A stretch of DNA of 64,000 bases. Origin: an uncultured Actinomycetes bacterium. Its GTDB lineage: Bacteria; Actinomycetota; UBA4738; HRBIN12. The stretch's first letter is position 1; each line of letters starts with the position of its first letter. Positions 48,698-57,136 of the stretch are shown piece by piece. The stretch spans positions 288,001-352,000 of the forward strand of contig CAVPIB010000001.1 in the NCBI GenBank assembly GCA_963704885.1, read 5' to 3'. The position numbers were made by a program, and so were the translations under genes. The notes beneath the pieces are model-generated. The model worked only from the letters and a program-made list of their open reading frames with translations. It ran no database searches and was not told the origin of the DNA.

Positions 48698-49709
48698 CCA
48701 GCCACCCGGCCAGGACCAGGATCCCGATCGGGATCAGGTAGCCGAGTCCGATCACTACTGCCGAGATGACGTTAAGGAACCCTTGCACCGCACGATCCCA
48801 CGCGCTTCCCAGGCTGGGGTTCTCCACGACATCCAGCTCGGTGTTGGGCGCTGCGTCCTGCTCGTGAAGGTCGACGCGGATCGTCGCCTCGGCGACCTGG
48901 TCGTTGATGAAGTTCAGGTTCCCTTGGATCTGCTCGATCTGGAGCTGCACGTTGTCCAGCTGGCGCTGAACGGTCAGGACCTCGTTGATGGTGGACGCTT
49001 GGCTCTGGAGACCCAGTAGCACGGTGCGGCGGGCCCTCGCGATCCTCAGTCGAGCTTGAAGGTCGATGTACTGGGCGGTCACGTCCTTGCCCGTGATCGA
49101 CTGCGCCTGCACGGTCCCGATCTCGCGGAGCGAGAGCATGGCCGTGTCGAACCGCTTGGCAGGTATACGGAGCACCAGGGTTCCGGCTCGCTGGCCGCGT
49201 GTCTGCGACGAGAGCACGAACCCCCCGTTGTTCTGCGCGATCCGCGTCACCGACGCGAACCCGTCAGAGAACCCATCCTTCGCGACCCGGATCGACATCG
49301 TCCCGTCACGGATGATCTTCGAGACGTCCCCTTGTGGCGCTTCGATGCCTAGACCGCCGGTTTCCTCGCTCCCGGCGTTCCCCGCCAAGGCGTCGTCGTC
49401 GCTCGAGAGATCTGCGATTTGCTCGCCTGAAGCCGCCGGCGTGGCACTCGCGTACCCGGTGGATCGCTGGAGCGAGTCTTTGTCCGCTGCAGGAGCGCTG
49501 TCGTTCGACGCCCCGCCCAGACCGCCCGTCGTCAGCCAGCCGATCAGGCCTGCCACGACCAGCACCGGGACGATCGCGGCGGTGAACATCCCCCAGTTCA
49601 CGCGCGAACGACGCGGCTTGCGCCCGGACGACTCCATCCACTGATCGCGCTTCCCGGCCTGCGCCAGATCCTGTTCGAGCGTCTTCAGGTACTCGACGTG
49701 GGTGTTCAC
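48660..49709 (-). CDS. DUF4349-like membrane protein with a short cytoplasmic N-terminus (candidate anti-sigma partner)
   Basis: TM helix, LRIPA..F, DVTAQYIDL, C-terminal TM; GTGA-coupled to the ECF sigma. Confidence 0.8.
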   Translation of the reverse strand: MNTHVEYLKTLEQDLAQAGKRDQWMESSGRKPRRSRVNWGMFTAAIVPVLVVAGLIGWLTTGGLGGASNDSAPAADKDSLQRSTGYASATPAASGEQIADLSSDDDALAGNAGSEETGGLGIEAPQGDVSKIIRDGTMSIRVAKDGFSDGFASVTRIAQNNGGFVLSSQTRGQRAGTLVLRIPAKRFDTAMLSLREIGTVQAQSITGKDVTAQYIDLQARLRIARARRTVLLGLQSQASTINEVLTVQRQLDNVQLQIEQIQGNLNFINDQVAEATIRVDLHEQDAAPNTELDVVENPSLGSAWDRAVQGFLNVISAVVIGLGYLIPIGILVLAGWLVTLAVRRRRAAN

Positions 49710-50296
49710 GGGATCTCCACCTCCGGCGCGGGTTGCAGCCCGCGCTCTTGAAGCACGATCGCGAGGCGGCGCAGCCCTCGGCTCACGCGTTGGCGCGCGT
49801 TCTCCTCGGTGCATGCCAGTCGCTTCGCGACCTCCGGGTAGCTCAAGCCGCCGATCACGTGGAGCTTCAACGCCTCGCGCTGGTCGTTCGACAGCGTTTC
49901 GAGGGCCTCGACGAGCGCGTCCTTGATGGGGGCGAAGTCGACCAGGTCCTCGATCCGTTCGTAATCCTCGGGCGGGAGCGATCGCTCAGGCATCCCGAGC
50001 CGCCGGCGGGCCGCTGCGTCCACCCGTCCGCTGCGGAAGAACCGCCCCAGCTGGTGACGCGCTACCCCGTACAGCCAGGCCACGCCGTTCGCTCCCGTGT
50101 TCGTGTAGGTGCTGCGCGACGAGAACGCCTGCGCGAACGTCTCGGCGGTGAGCTCCGCTGCCGCCTCCGGGTCGAGCGTTCGCCTTGCGAAGTAGCGCAA
50201 CAGGTCCTCCGCGTGCCGTCGGTAGAGTTCGGTGAACGCGTCCGGGTCTTCCCGGGACGCCAGGAGCAGCTCGCTGTCGGTGCGTTCGGTGCTCAC
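49706..50296 (-). CDS. ECF RNA polymerase sigma factor
   Basis: AFTELYRRH, AAELTAETF, WLYGVAR and LSYPEVA...RVSRGL. Confidence 0.92.
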   Translation of the reverse strand: MSTERTDSELLLASREDPDAFTELYRRHAEDLLRYFARRTLDPEAAAELTAETFAQAFSSRSTYTNTGANGVAWLYGVARHQLGRFFRSGRVDAAARRRLGMPERSLPPEDYERIEDLVDFAPIKDALVEALETLSNDQREALKLHVIGGLSYPEVAKRLACTEENARQRVSRGLRRLAIVLQERGLQPAPEVEIP

Positions 50297-50398
50297 GGCC
50301 TCCCTCTCGTCCGGCGCCGCCGCGGCGGGTCCGGCCGTTCTACCCGTACCATGCCGCGGTTACCCGCCAGCGTGACAGTCATGAAGGGGAGACGCCCG

Positions 50399-52498
50399 AT
50401 GACCGACGATCAGTTCCCGGACGACTCGTTCCCGCGGCAGCAAGCGCGAACGCGGCGCTACACGCTGGGGCGGCCCCGCACGTTCCAGGTCGCGGATGAC
50501 GGCTCGCGCGTGGTGTTCCTTCGCTCGCGCTCGGGACACGATCCGGTCGGGAGCCTCTGGGTCTTCGACGTTGCGTCGAGAACGGAGCGCTTGATCTTCG
50601 ATCCATCGGGCGCGGGGGATGAGGACAACCTCTCGGCCGAGGAGCGCGACCGGCGTGAGCGACGCCGGGAGTCCCTCACGGGCGTGACGGACCACTCGGC
50701 AGACCGATCGCTCTCGAGCGCGGCATTCGCGATGGACGGGGCGTTGTTCGTGGCCGACCTGATCGGGGGCGGGGCGAAGAGGATCGACGTCGGAGTGCCC
50801 GACCCGTTCGACCCGCGCCCCGATCCGCACGGCCGGAGGATCGCCTATGTGGCGGGGGGCTCCCTCCGCGTGGTCCAGGCCGATGGATCGAACGATCGCG
50901 AGCTGGCGGCGGACCCGGATCCGGACGTCCACTGGGGGTTGGCAGAGTTCATCGCGGCCGAGGAGATGGAGCGCCAACGCGGCTACTGGTGGGCCCCAGA
51001 CGGCGAGCGGCTCGCCGCTTCCCGGGTGGACGAGCGACCCGTTCGGGTATGGCACATCGCTTCCCCAGTGGATCCAGAAGCGCCGCCACGAGCCGTGCGT
51101 TACCCGAGGGCGGGAACCGACAACGCGATCGTCACGCTCGCGGTGGTGTCGATGGACGGCGACAAGGTCGACGTCGAGTGGGAGCGCGAGGCTTTCCCAT
51201 ATCTGGTGACGGTCGATTGGGGAACCAACGGCCCACTCACACTGCTCGTGGAGTCGCGCGACCAGCGAACGACTCAGATCCTGCGGGTCGATCCCGACAC
51301 AGGAGTGACGGAGCTCCTTCGTGAGAACCATGACGAACGTTGGCTCGACATCACGATAGGTGTTCCGGCGTGGTTGGCGGACGGGCGGCTCGTGAGCACG
51401 GTGGACGCCGACGACACCAAGCGGCTGGCGTTCGACGACCAACTCGTCACTCCGCTGAGTCTCCAGGTCGCCCAGGTGCTCGACGTCGGTGAAGACGTGG
51501 TCTTCCGAGCCAACGAGGACCCGACCGAGACGCATGTCTGGCGGCTCGACGCCGAGGGGGAGCTCACCCGCCTCACACACGAACCCGGCGTGCACACCGC
51601 CGCCGTCGGCGGGAACGTCATCGTGGTCACGTCCGCGACGATGGAGGGCCTGCCCACCGCCACCATCCTCGTCGACGGCGAGGACGTCGCTACTATCGAC
51701 TCCACCGCCGAGACGCCGATCCTCCAGACGGCCCCAACGTTCTTCGTCGGCGGAGAACGTGACCTCCGGATGGCACTCTTCACACCCAGCGGAGCCGAAC
51801 CCGACGGTCCGCTCCCGGTGCTCCTCGATCCCTACGGCGGACCGCACTTCGGCATGGTCCAGAAGTCGCTGACGCTCCAGCTCGAGTCGCAGTGGTTCGC
51901 GGATCAGGGTTTCGCGGTCCTGGTGATCGACGGCCGAGGCACGCCCGGACGGGGTCCGGGCTGGGACCGTGAGGTCTATCGCAACCTGGCGGATCCGGTG
52001 CTCGAGGACCAGGTGGACGGACTGCACGCTGCCGCCGAGCGCTACGACTTCCTCGACCTGGGTCGGGTGGCGATCCGCGGATGGTCGTTCGGCGGCTTCC
52101 TGGCGGCGATGGCCCTCTTGCGGCGTCCGGACGTGTTCCACGCCGCGGTCAGCGGCGCCCCGGTCACGGACGGCACCCTCTACGACACGCATTACACGGA
52201 GCGGTACCTGGGGATGCCGGACCAGGAGGTCGAGGCATACGCTCGATATCGGCTGTTGGACGACGCGCCCAACCTGTCACGGCCCCTGATGCTGATCCAC
52301 GGCCTGGCCGACGACAACGTGTACGTGGCCAACACGCTACAGTTGTCGAAGCGGCTGATGGAGGCCGGACGGCCACATACCGTGCTGCCCTTGTCGGGTA
52401 TCACGCACGCACCGATGGATCCACAGGTGGCGGAGAACCTGCTGGTACTCCAGGTGCGGTTCATCCGCGACGCGCTCGGACTTCCCGACCCGGCCTGA
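50399..52498 (+). CDS. S9 family (dipeptidyl peptidase IV-like) serine peptidase
   Basis: YGGP, GWSFGG nucleophile motif, HGLADDNV and catalytic His in GITH. Confidence 0.93.
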   Translation: MTDDQFPDDSFPRQQARTRRYTLGRPRTFQVADDGSRVVFLRSRSGHDPVGSLWVFDVASRTERLIFDPSGAGDEDNLSAEERDRRERRRESLTGVTDHSADRSLSSAAFAMDGALFVADLIGGGAKRIDVGVPDPFDPRPDPHGRRIAYVAGGSLRVVQADGSNDRELAADPDPDVHWGLAEFIAAEEMERQRGYWWAPDGERLAASRVDERPVRVWHIASPVDPEAPPRAVRYPRAGTDNAIVTLAVVSMDGDKVDVEWEREAFPYLVTVDWGTNGPLTLLVESRDQRTTQILRVDPDTGVTELLRENHDERWLDITIGVPAWLADGRLVSTVDADDTKRLAFDDQLVTPLSLQVAQVLDVGEDVVFRANEDPTETHVWRLDAEGELTRLTHEPGVHTAAVGGNVIVVTSATMEGLPTATILVDGEDVATIDSTAETPILQTAPTFFVGGERDLRMALFTPSGAEPDGPLPVLLDPYGGPHFGMVQKSLTLQLESQWFADQGFAVLVIDGRGTPGRGPGWDREVYRNLADPVLEDQVDGLHAAAERYDFLDLGRVAIRGWSFGGFLAAMALLRRPDVFHAAVSGAPVTDGTLYDTHYTERYLGMPDQEVEAYARYRLLDDAPNLSRPLMLIHGLADDNVYVANTLQLSKRLMEAGRPHTVLPLSGITHAPMDPQVAENLLVLQVRFIRDALGLPDPA

Positions 52499-52542
52499 GG
52501 GCACTGCTACGCTCAGGGTTCGCGAACGAAAGCCCTCTTCGC

Positions 52543-53787
52543 ATGCCCATCATCGTCCAGAAGTACGGCGGGACCTCGGTCGGTTCGACCGAGCGGATCC
52601 GGGCCGTCGCCGATCGCGTGGTTCGTGCCAAGGAGGAGGGATTCGACGTTCTGGTCGCGGTCTCGGCCATGGGTGACACGACCGACGAGCTGCTCGCCAT
52701 GGCCCGGCAGATCGCTCCCATCCCCGAGCCTCGTGAACTCGACATGTTGCTCACGGCGGGCGAAAGGATCGCGATGTCGCTCCTGGCGATCGCGATCAAT
52801 GCCCGAGGATGCAAGGCCGCGTCGTACACGGGCTCGCAGGCTGGCATCATCACCGACACGCAGCACGGCGCCGCGCGGATCGTCGAGATCCGTCCGAAAC
52901 GGATCCTGGAGTCGCTCAGGGAGGGCAACGTCGTGATCGTGGCCGGGTTCCAGGGCCTGTCAACGAACTACGACATCACCACGCTCGGCCGCGGGGGCAC
53001 CGACACCACCGCTGTCGCCATGGCGGCGGCGCTCGGCGCCGAGATCTGCGAGATCTACACCGACGTCGACGGCGTGTTCACCGCTGATCCCAGGATCGAG
53101 CCGCAGGCCCGCAAGATAGACGTGATCTCGTACGAGGAGATGCTGGAGCTCGCCGCATCGGGCGCCAAGGTCCTGCACGCGCGATCGGTGGAGTACGCTC
53201 GGCGACACGGCGTGAGGATCCACGTGCGCTCGTCGTTCCAAGACTTCGCCGGCACGTGGGTGCAGGAGGTGGACGAGCAGCAGATGGAGAACGTCTTGAT
53301 CTCGGGCGTCGCTCTCGACGACGGCGAGGCGAAGGTCACACTCGACCGCGTTCCCGACAAGCCGGGGGTGGCGGCCACCGTCTTCAAGGCGATCGCGAGC
53401 GAAGGCATCAGCGTGGACATGATCGTGCAGAACGTCTCTCACGAAGGCGCTACGGACCTGTCGTTCACGGCGCCACTCGCCGACGTCCCCCGACTGGAGT
53501 CCGTGATGGATCGCGTGGTCAAGGAGGTCGGCGCCACTACCTACTCGATCGACGGAGACATCTCGAAGGTCTCGTTGGTGGGCGCCGGCATGAAGGCTCA
53601 CCCGGGTGTTGCCGCGGACCTGTTCGATGCCCTGGCCGCCGACGGCATCAACATCGAGATGATCTCGACCTCGCCGATCAGGATCTCCTGCGTGATCCGC
53701 AAGGCGGACGCCGAGCGCGCGGTGCGCTCCATCCATGCGCGGTTCGAACTGGATCAAGACGGAGCGAACGCGGCCGATCGGCTGTGA
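52543..53787 (+). CDS. lysC: Aspartate kinase
   Basis: VQKYGGTSV, TTLGRGG, IYTDVDG and two ACT domains. Confidence 0.96.
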   Translation: MPIIVQKYGGTSVGSTERIRAVADRVVRAKEEGFDVLVAVSAMGDTTDELLAMARQIAPIPEPRELDMLLTAGERIAMSLLAIAINARGCKAASYTGSQAGIITDTQHGAARIVEIRPKRILESLREGNVVIVAGFQGLSTNYDITTLGRGGTDTTAVAMAAALGAEICEIYTDVDGVFTADPRIEPQARKIDVISYEEMLELAASGAKVLHARSVEYARRHGVRIHVRSSFQDFAGTWVQEVDEQQMENVLISGVALDDGEAKVTLDRVPDKPGVAATVFKAIASEGISVDMIVQNVSHEGATDLSFTAPLADVPRLESVMDRVVKEVGATTYSIDGDISKVSLVGAGMKAHPGVAADLFDALAADGINIEMISTSPIRISCVIRKADAERAVRSIHARFELDQDGANAADRL

Positions 53788-53862
53788 ACCTCCCGCGACC
53801 CGTGGCGGTCCGCCTGGCTTCCTCCTGGAGCCGTATGCCTCGCCCGGTACGATGACACGATC

Positions 53863-54888
53863 ATGAAGGTCGCGGTCGTCGGAGCCACCGGTGCCGTCGG
53901 CCGGGAGATGACTCGCATCCTTCAGGAGCGTTCATTCCCCGTCGACGAGTTCATCCCGCTTGCCTCCTCACGCTCGGCGGGACTCACGGTGGAGTTCAAC
54001 GGCACGGAGCACATGGTGCGCGAGCTGTCGTTGGACGCGCTCCGTGGAGCGGATGTCGCGCTCATATCGGCGGGCGCAACGGTGTCGAGGTCGTTCATCC
54101 CCCAGGCGGCCGCTGCCGGAACCACTTGCATCGACAACTCCAGCGCCTTCCGGATGGAGGCCGACGTCCCGCTCGCGATCCCGGAGGTGAACCCCGGGTC
54201 GCTCGAAGGACATCCCAAGATCGTGGCCGTACCGAACTGCACCACCATCACCGCGATGCTTGCGGTCGGGCCGTTGCACAGAGCGGCCGGCCTGCGCTCG
54301 CTCGTGATGTCGTCTTACCAATCGGTGTCGGGTGCCGGGTGGAAGGGCACCAGGGAGCTGATCGAGCAGATCGCCAAGCTCCACGGTCAGGAGGAGGAGC
54401 TCGGCCGGCCCGACGCCCATACTCTTCCCGCCGGCGACGTGTTCGGCAAGACGATCGCGTACAACGTGGTGGCCAAGATCGGTGAGTTCGCCGACGGCGG
54501 GTATACAGGTGAGGAGCTCAAGATCATCGCCGAGCCGAAGAAGATCCTGGATCTGCCGGATCTGGACGTCGTGGCGACGGCCGTCCGCGTGCCCGTGCCC
54601 GTGGGGCACTCGGTCAGCATGGTCGCGACCTTCGATGGCCCGATCTCGCCCGAGGAGGCGCGCGAGGTGCTGGATACGGCGCCGGGCGTCGAGGTCCGTG
54701 ACGATCCCGCGAACGACGTCTACCCCAGTCCACTCGAATCGGCCGGGCTCGATGTGGCGCTAGTGGGCCGGATCCGCCAGGTCCCCGGCAAGCCAGACGC
54801 GTTGGTGCTCTTCAGCTGCGCGGACAACCTCCGGATAGGCGCCGCCCTGGATGCGGTCCACATCGCCGAGCATCTCTTCACCCGTTAG
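53863..54888 (+). CDS. asd: Aspartate-semialdehyde dehydrogenase
   Basis: VGATGAVG, DNSSAFR, PNCTT, YQSVSGAG and DNLRIGAA. Confidence 0.96.
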   Translation: MKVAVVGATGAVGREMTRILQERSFPVDEFIPLASSRSAGLTVEFNGTEHMVRELSLDALRGADVALISAGATVSRSFIPQAAAAGTTCIDNSSAFRMEADVPLAIPEVNPGSLEGHPKIVAVPNCTTITAMLAVGPLHRAAGLRSLVMSSYQSVSGAGWKGTRELIEQIAKLHGQEEELGRPDAHTLPAGDVFGKTIAYNVVAKIGEFADGGYTGEELKIIAEPKKILDLPDLDVVATAVRVPVPVGHSVSMVATFDGPISPEEAREVLDTAPGVEVRDDPANDVYPSPLESAGLDVALVGRIRQVPGKPDALVLFSCADNLRIGAALDAVHIAEHLFTR

Positions 54889-54922
54889 CGCGCGACCGCC
54901 CTACTGTCTAGTCTGAAACAGC

Positions 54923-55411
54923 CTAGTTGTCGTCGATATGCTGGCCACCCGGATCTACGTCGTCCGTAAGCGGCTTAACGAACCAGGCTCCGTAGTTCGA
55001 CCACCGCTCGCGGGAGTAGAAGGCGATCGTCCCTTCGCGCCATGAGGCCGTCACCAGCGCCATCCGGAAGCAGCCGCGTTTGCGCGCCAGCTCCTCGGCG
55101 CGGCCGAGGAGACGGCTCCCCACTCCTACGCCCTGAGCACTCTCGGTGACGACCAGGTCGTTCACTCGCGCCTGTGGTCTGTGATCGCCCAGCCGCTGGT
55201 GATACTCCATGTCCACGACCCCCACGATGCCATCGCGCGTCTCAGCCACGAGCGTCACGCTGTCCAGTCGACGCAGGTGTCCGGCGAACTGCATGCGGTG
55301 CGTCGCATCGTCGGCGGTCCCGGCGGCCACGCCTCGCCCCAGCTCCACGAGAAGACCGGCGACAGCGGGCCAGTCATCGGGTCTCGCGGCTCGAACCTTC
55401 AGGGTCGTCAC
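54923..55411 (-). CDS. GNAT acetyltransferase
   Basis: LVVTESAQGVGVG and AFY; GTGA overlap with the MazG-like gene. Confidence 0.85.
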   Translation of the reverse strand: MTTLKVRAARPDDWPAVAGLLVELGRGVAAGTADDATHRMQFAGHLRRLDSVTLVAETRDGIVGVVDMEYHQRLGDHRPQARVNDLVVTESAQGVGVGSRLLGRAEELARKRGCFRMALVTASWREGTIAFYSRERWSNYGAWFVKPLTDDVDPGGQHIDDN

Positions 55412-55695
55412 CGCGGCTCGCACCCGCAGGGGCGCTCACCGCACTTCGGACACCCTCGTGCGTACCGCGCCGCCGCCTCCTGCAGGTCCACACCCTCGAG
55501 GTTCGCGAGCGAGGCCAGCCACGCCAAGACGTCGCCGAACTCGTGGACCAGGTTCTCCCGATCGCCGGTTCGGAGCGCTCGCGCGAGCTCGCCCACCTCT
55601 TCGGTGAGCCAGCGGAACGTACCGTCGCGTCCACGGGCGGAGTCGCGCTCGCCGTAGGTTGCCCGCATGGCCTCTTGCAGGTCGCCGATCTCCAT
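55408..55695 (-). CDS. MazG-like nucleotide pyrophosphohydrolase
   Basis: EEVGEL and EFGDVLAWL; C-terminal CPKC..PC.C. Confidence 0.88.
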   Translation of the reverse strand: MEIGDLQEAMRATYGERDSARGRDGTFRWLTEEVGELARALRTGDRENLVHEFGDVLAWLASLANLEGVDLQEAAARYARGCPKCGERPCGCEPR

Positions 55696-55739
55696 CAGGT
55701 CGAGGAGTGTAGTCGGCGTCCGGCGCCGACTCGATCGCG

Positions 55740-57023
55740 TCAGGCGACCGGTGCGGTGTTCGCCCGTGCGTTAGCCTTGGCCCGCTTGTTGATGTACATG
55801 CGCTCGTCGGCAGTGGCCATGAGCTGGTCCAGCGAACATGGTTGCTCCGGGTCGAACAGGGCCACGCCGGTCGAGAACGACAACACGAACGGCCGCCCCT
55901 CCTGCGCATTCGCTAGCTGGACGGCCTCATGCAGTCGCGCCACCGAAGCCTCGGCCGAGGCTTCGGTCTCTGTCGCGAACAGGACACAGAACTCGTCGCC
56001 TCCTACGCGAGCGATCAGATCGGAGGCACGGAACGTCTGGCGCATCACGTAGGCGGCCTCGGCGATCATGCCGTCCCCTGCAGAGTGCCCCAACGTGTCG
56101 TTCACGTGCTTCAGTCCGTCCAGATCGAGGAACAACAGCGCCGCGGGCATGTGGGTCCGCTTGGCCATCTCAAGGTGGTGCTCGGCGGTCGGCAGGAAGC
56201 CTCTACGGTTCGTCAGACGGGTCAGGGCGTCGGTCGTGCCCATCCTGCGGAGTTCCTCCTGCAACTCGATGACCCTCGAGCCGCTGCGGACGAGGACCTG
56301 ATCCAGTCGGCCGAGCTCATCGTCGGATCTGCTCGGCTGGCCGAGGGGCATCCCTTCCTCGAGCATGCGCGCCATGTCCTCCGTCCGTCGAATCCTGGTC
56401 ACCAGGCGATGTATGAACAGCAGGACCACGAGCATGGAGGCGAGCAGACCGAGCGGGATCCCAACCATCCCGACGAGGAAGGAGACCCGCTGGCTGGCGT
56501 CGAGGCGATCCTTCCTTTCGGCGAGTAGTCGCACGGCCTGCGATCCCTCCCTGTCCACCAGCTCACGGATACGCTCCGTGGCCAACCGGCCCTCGGTCAA
56601 GAGCCGGTTCAGCCGCGTGTAGTCCGTCAGTTCGCTGATCGGCGCGAGGAGCTGGGTTCGTCGCATGATCGAGAGTCTGGTGTTAGTCATCGACTGCAGT
56701 GAGATCACATCGGTCAGGTCCACCGACGTGGTCTCGGTCAAGGCGCGGAGGTCGGCCACGTCTTCTATGAGCCGCGTGGAACCGTCGTAGTACGCCTCCA
56801 GGAACGCTTCGTCTCCGGTGAGGATGTAACCTCGGGTGCCCGTTTCGGCGCCGGTCAGATCGACCAGCACCCGATCGAACGCGCTCCGGAGCGCAACGGC
56901 CTGCCGTTCGGCCTCGATGGCCTCGGTCGCGCGATCGCGCGATGTCACCAGCGCGAACGTCGCCGCGACGAGCACGACGAAGGGGACCGCCATGATGGCG
57001 ATGATCTTGGTACGAAGCGTCAA
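55740..57023 (-). CDS. CHASE3-like sensor diguanylate cyclase
   Basis: TM, AETGTRGYILTGD..FL..Y (CHASE3), TM, DALTRLTNRR, DLDGLK, RASD I-site and GGDEF. Confidence 0.92.
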   Translation of the reverse strand: MTLRTKIIAIMAVPFVVLVAATFALVTSRDRATEAIEAERQAVALRSAFDRVLVDLTGAETGTRGYILTGDEAFLEAYYDGSTRLIEDVADLRALTETTSVDLTDVISLQSMTNTRLSIMRRTQLLAPISELTDYTRLNRLLTEGRLATERIRELVDREGSQAVRLLAERKDRLDASQRVSFLVGMVGIPLGLLASMLVVLLFIHRLVTRIRRTEDMARMLEEGMPLGQPSRSDDELGRLDQVLVRSGSRVIELQEELRRMGTTDALTRLTNRRGFLPTAEHHLEMAKRTHMPAALLFLDLDGLKHVNDTLGHSAGDGMIAEAAYVMRQTFRASDLIARVGGDEFCVLFATETEASAEASVARLHEAVQLANAQEGRPFVLSFSTGVALFDPEQPCSLDQLMATADERMYINKRAKANARANTAPVA

Positions 57024-57049
57024 CGGGTCCTCCTCGTTGCCCTCCTCAG

Positions 57050-57077
57050 GCATCGGACGCCTCGGATGGCCGCTTGA
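57050..57077 (-). promoter_or_regulatory. Putative sigma28/WhiG-like promoter of the diguanylate cyclase (TCAA-N16-TCCGATGC)
   Basis: Minus-strand TCAAGCGGCCATCCGAGGCGTCCGATGC. Confidence 0.58.
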
Positions 57078-57089
57078 CTCTGCAGGGAC

Positions 57090-57136
57090 TTGTCTACCAA
57101 GTGGTAGAGGGTCATAATCTGCCGCGTGGTAGACAA
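57090..57136 (+). promoter_or_regulatory. Sigma70-type promoter (TTGTCT-N17-CATAAT) overlapped by two palindromic operators
   Basis: TCTACCA-AG-TGGTAGA (57093-57108) and TCTGCCG-CG-TGGTAGA (57118-57133). Confidence 0.75.

Noticed and set aside
49733-50398. N-terminal 222 aa of the 921-aa S9 peptidase ORF
   Set aside because: Antisense shadow of the ECF sigma gene; the peptidase starts at 50399 after an AAGGGGAG RBS
50360-52192. Long antisense ORFs (for example 6387-7907, 50360-52192, 60541-62001)
   Set aside because: Typical stop-poor shadows of real genes in high-GC DNA, with no recognisable motifs
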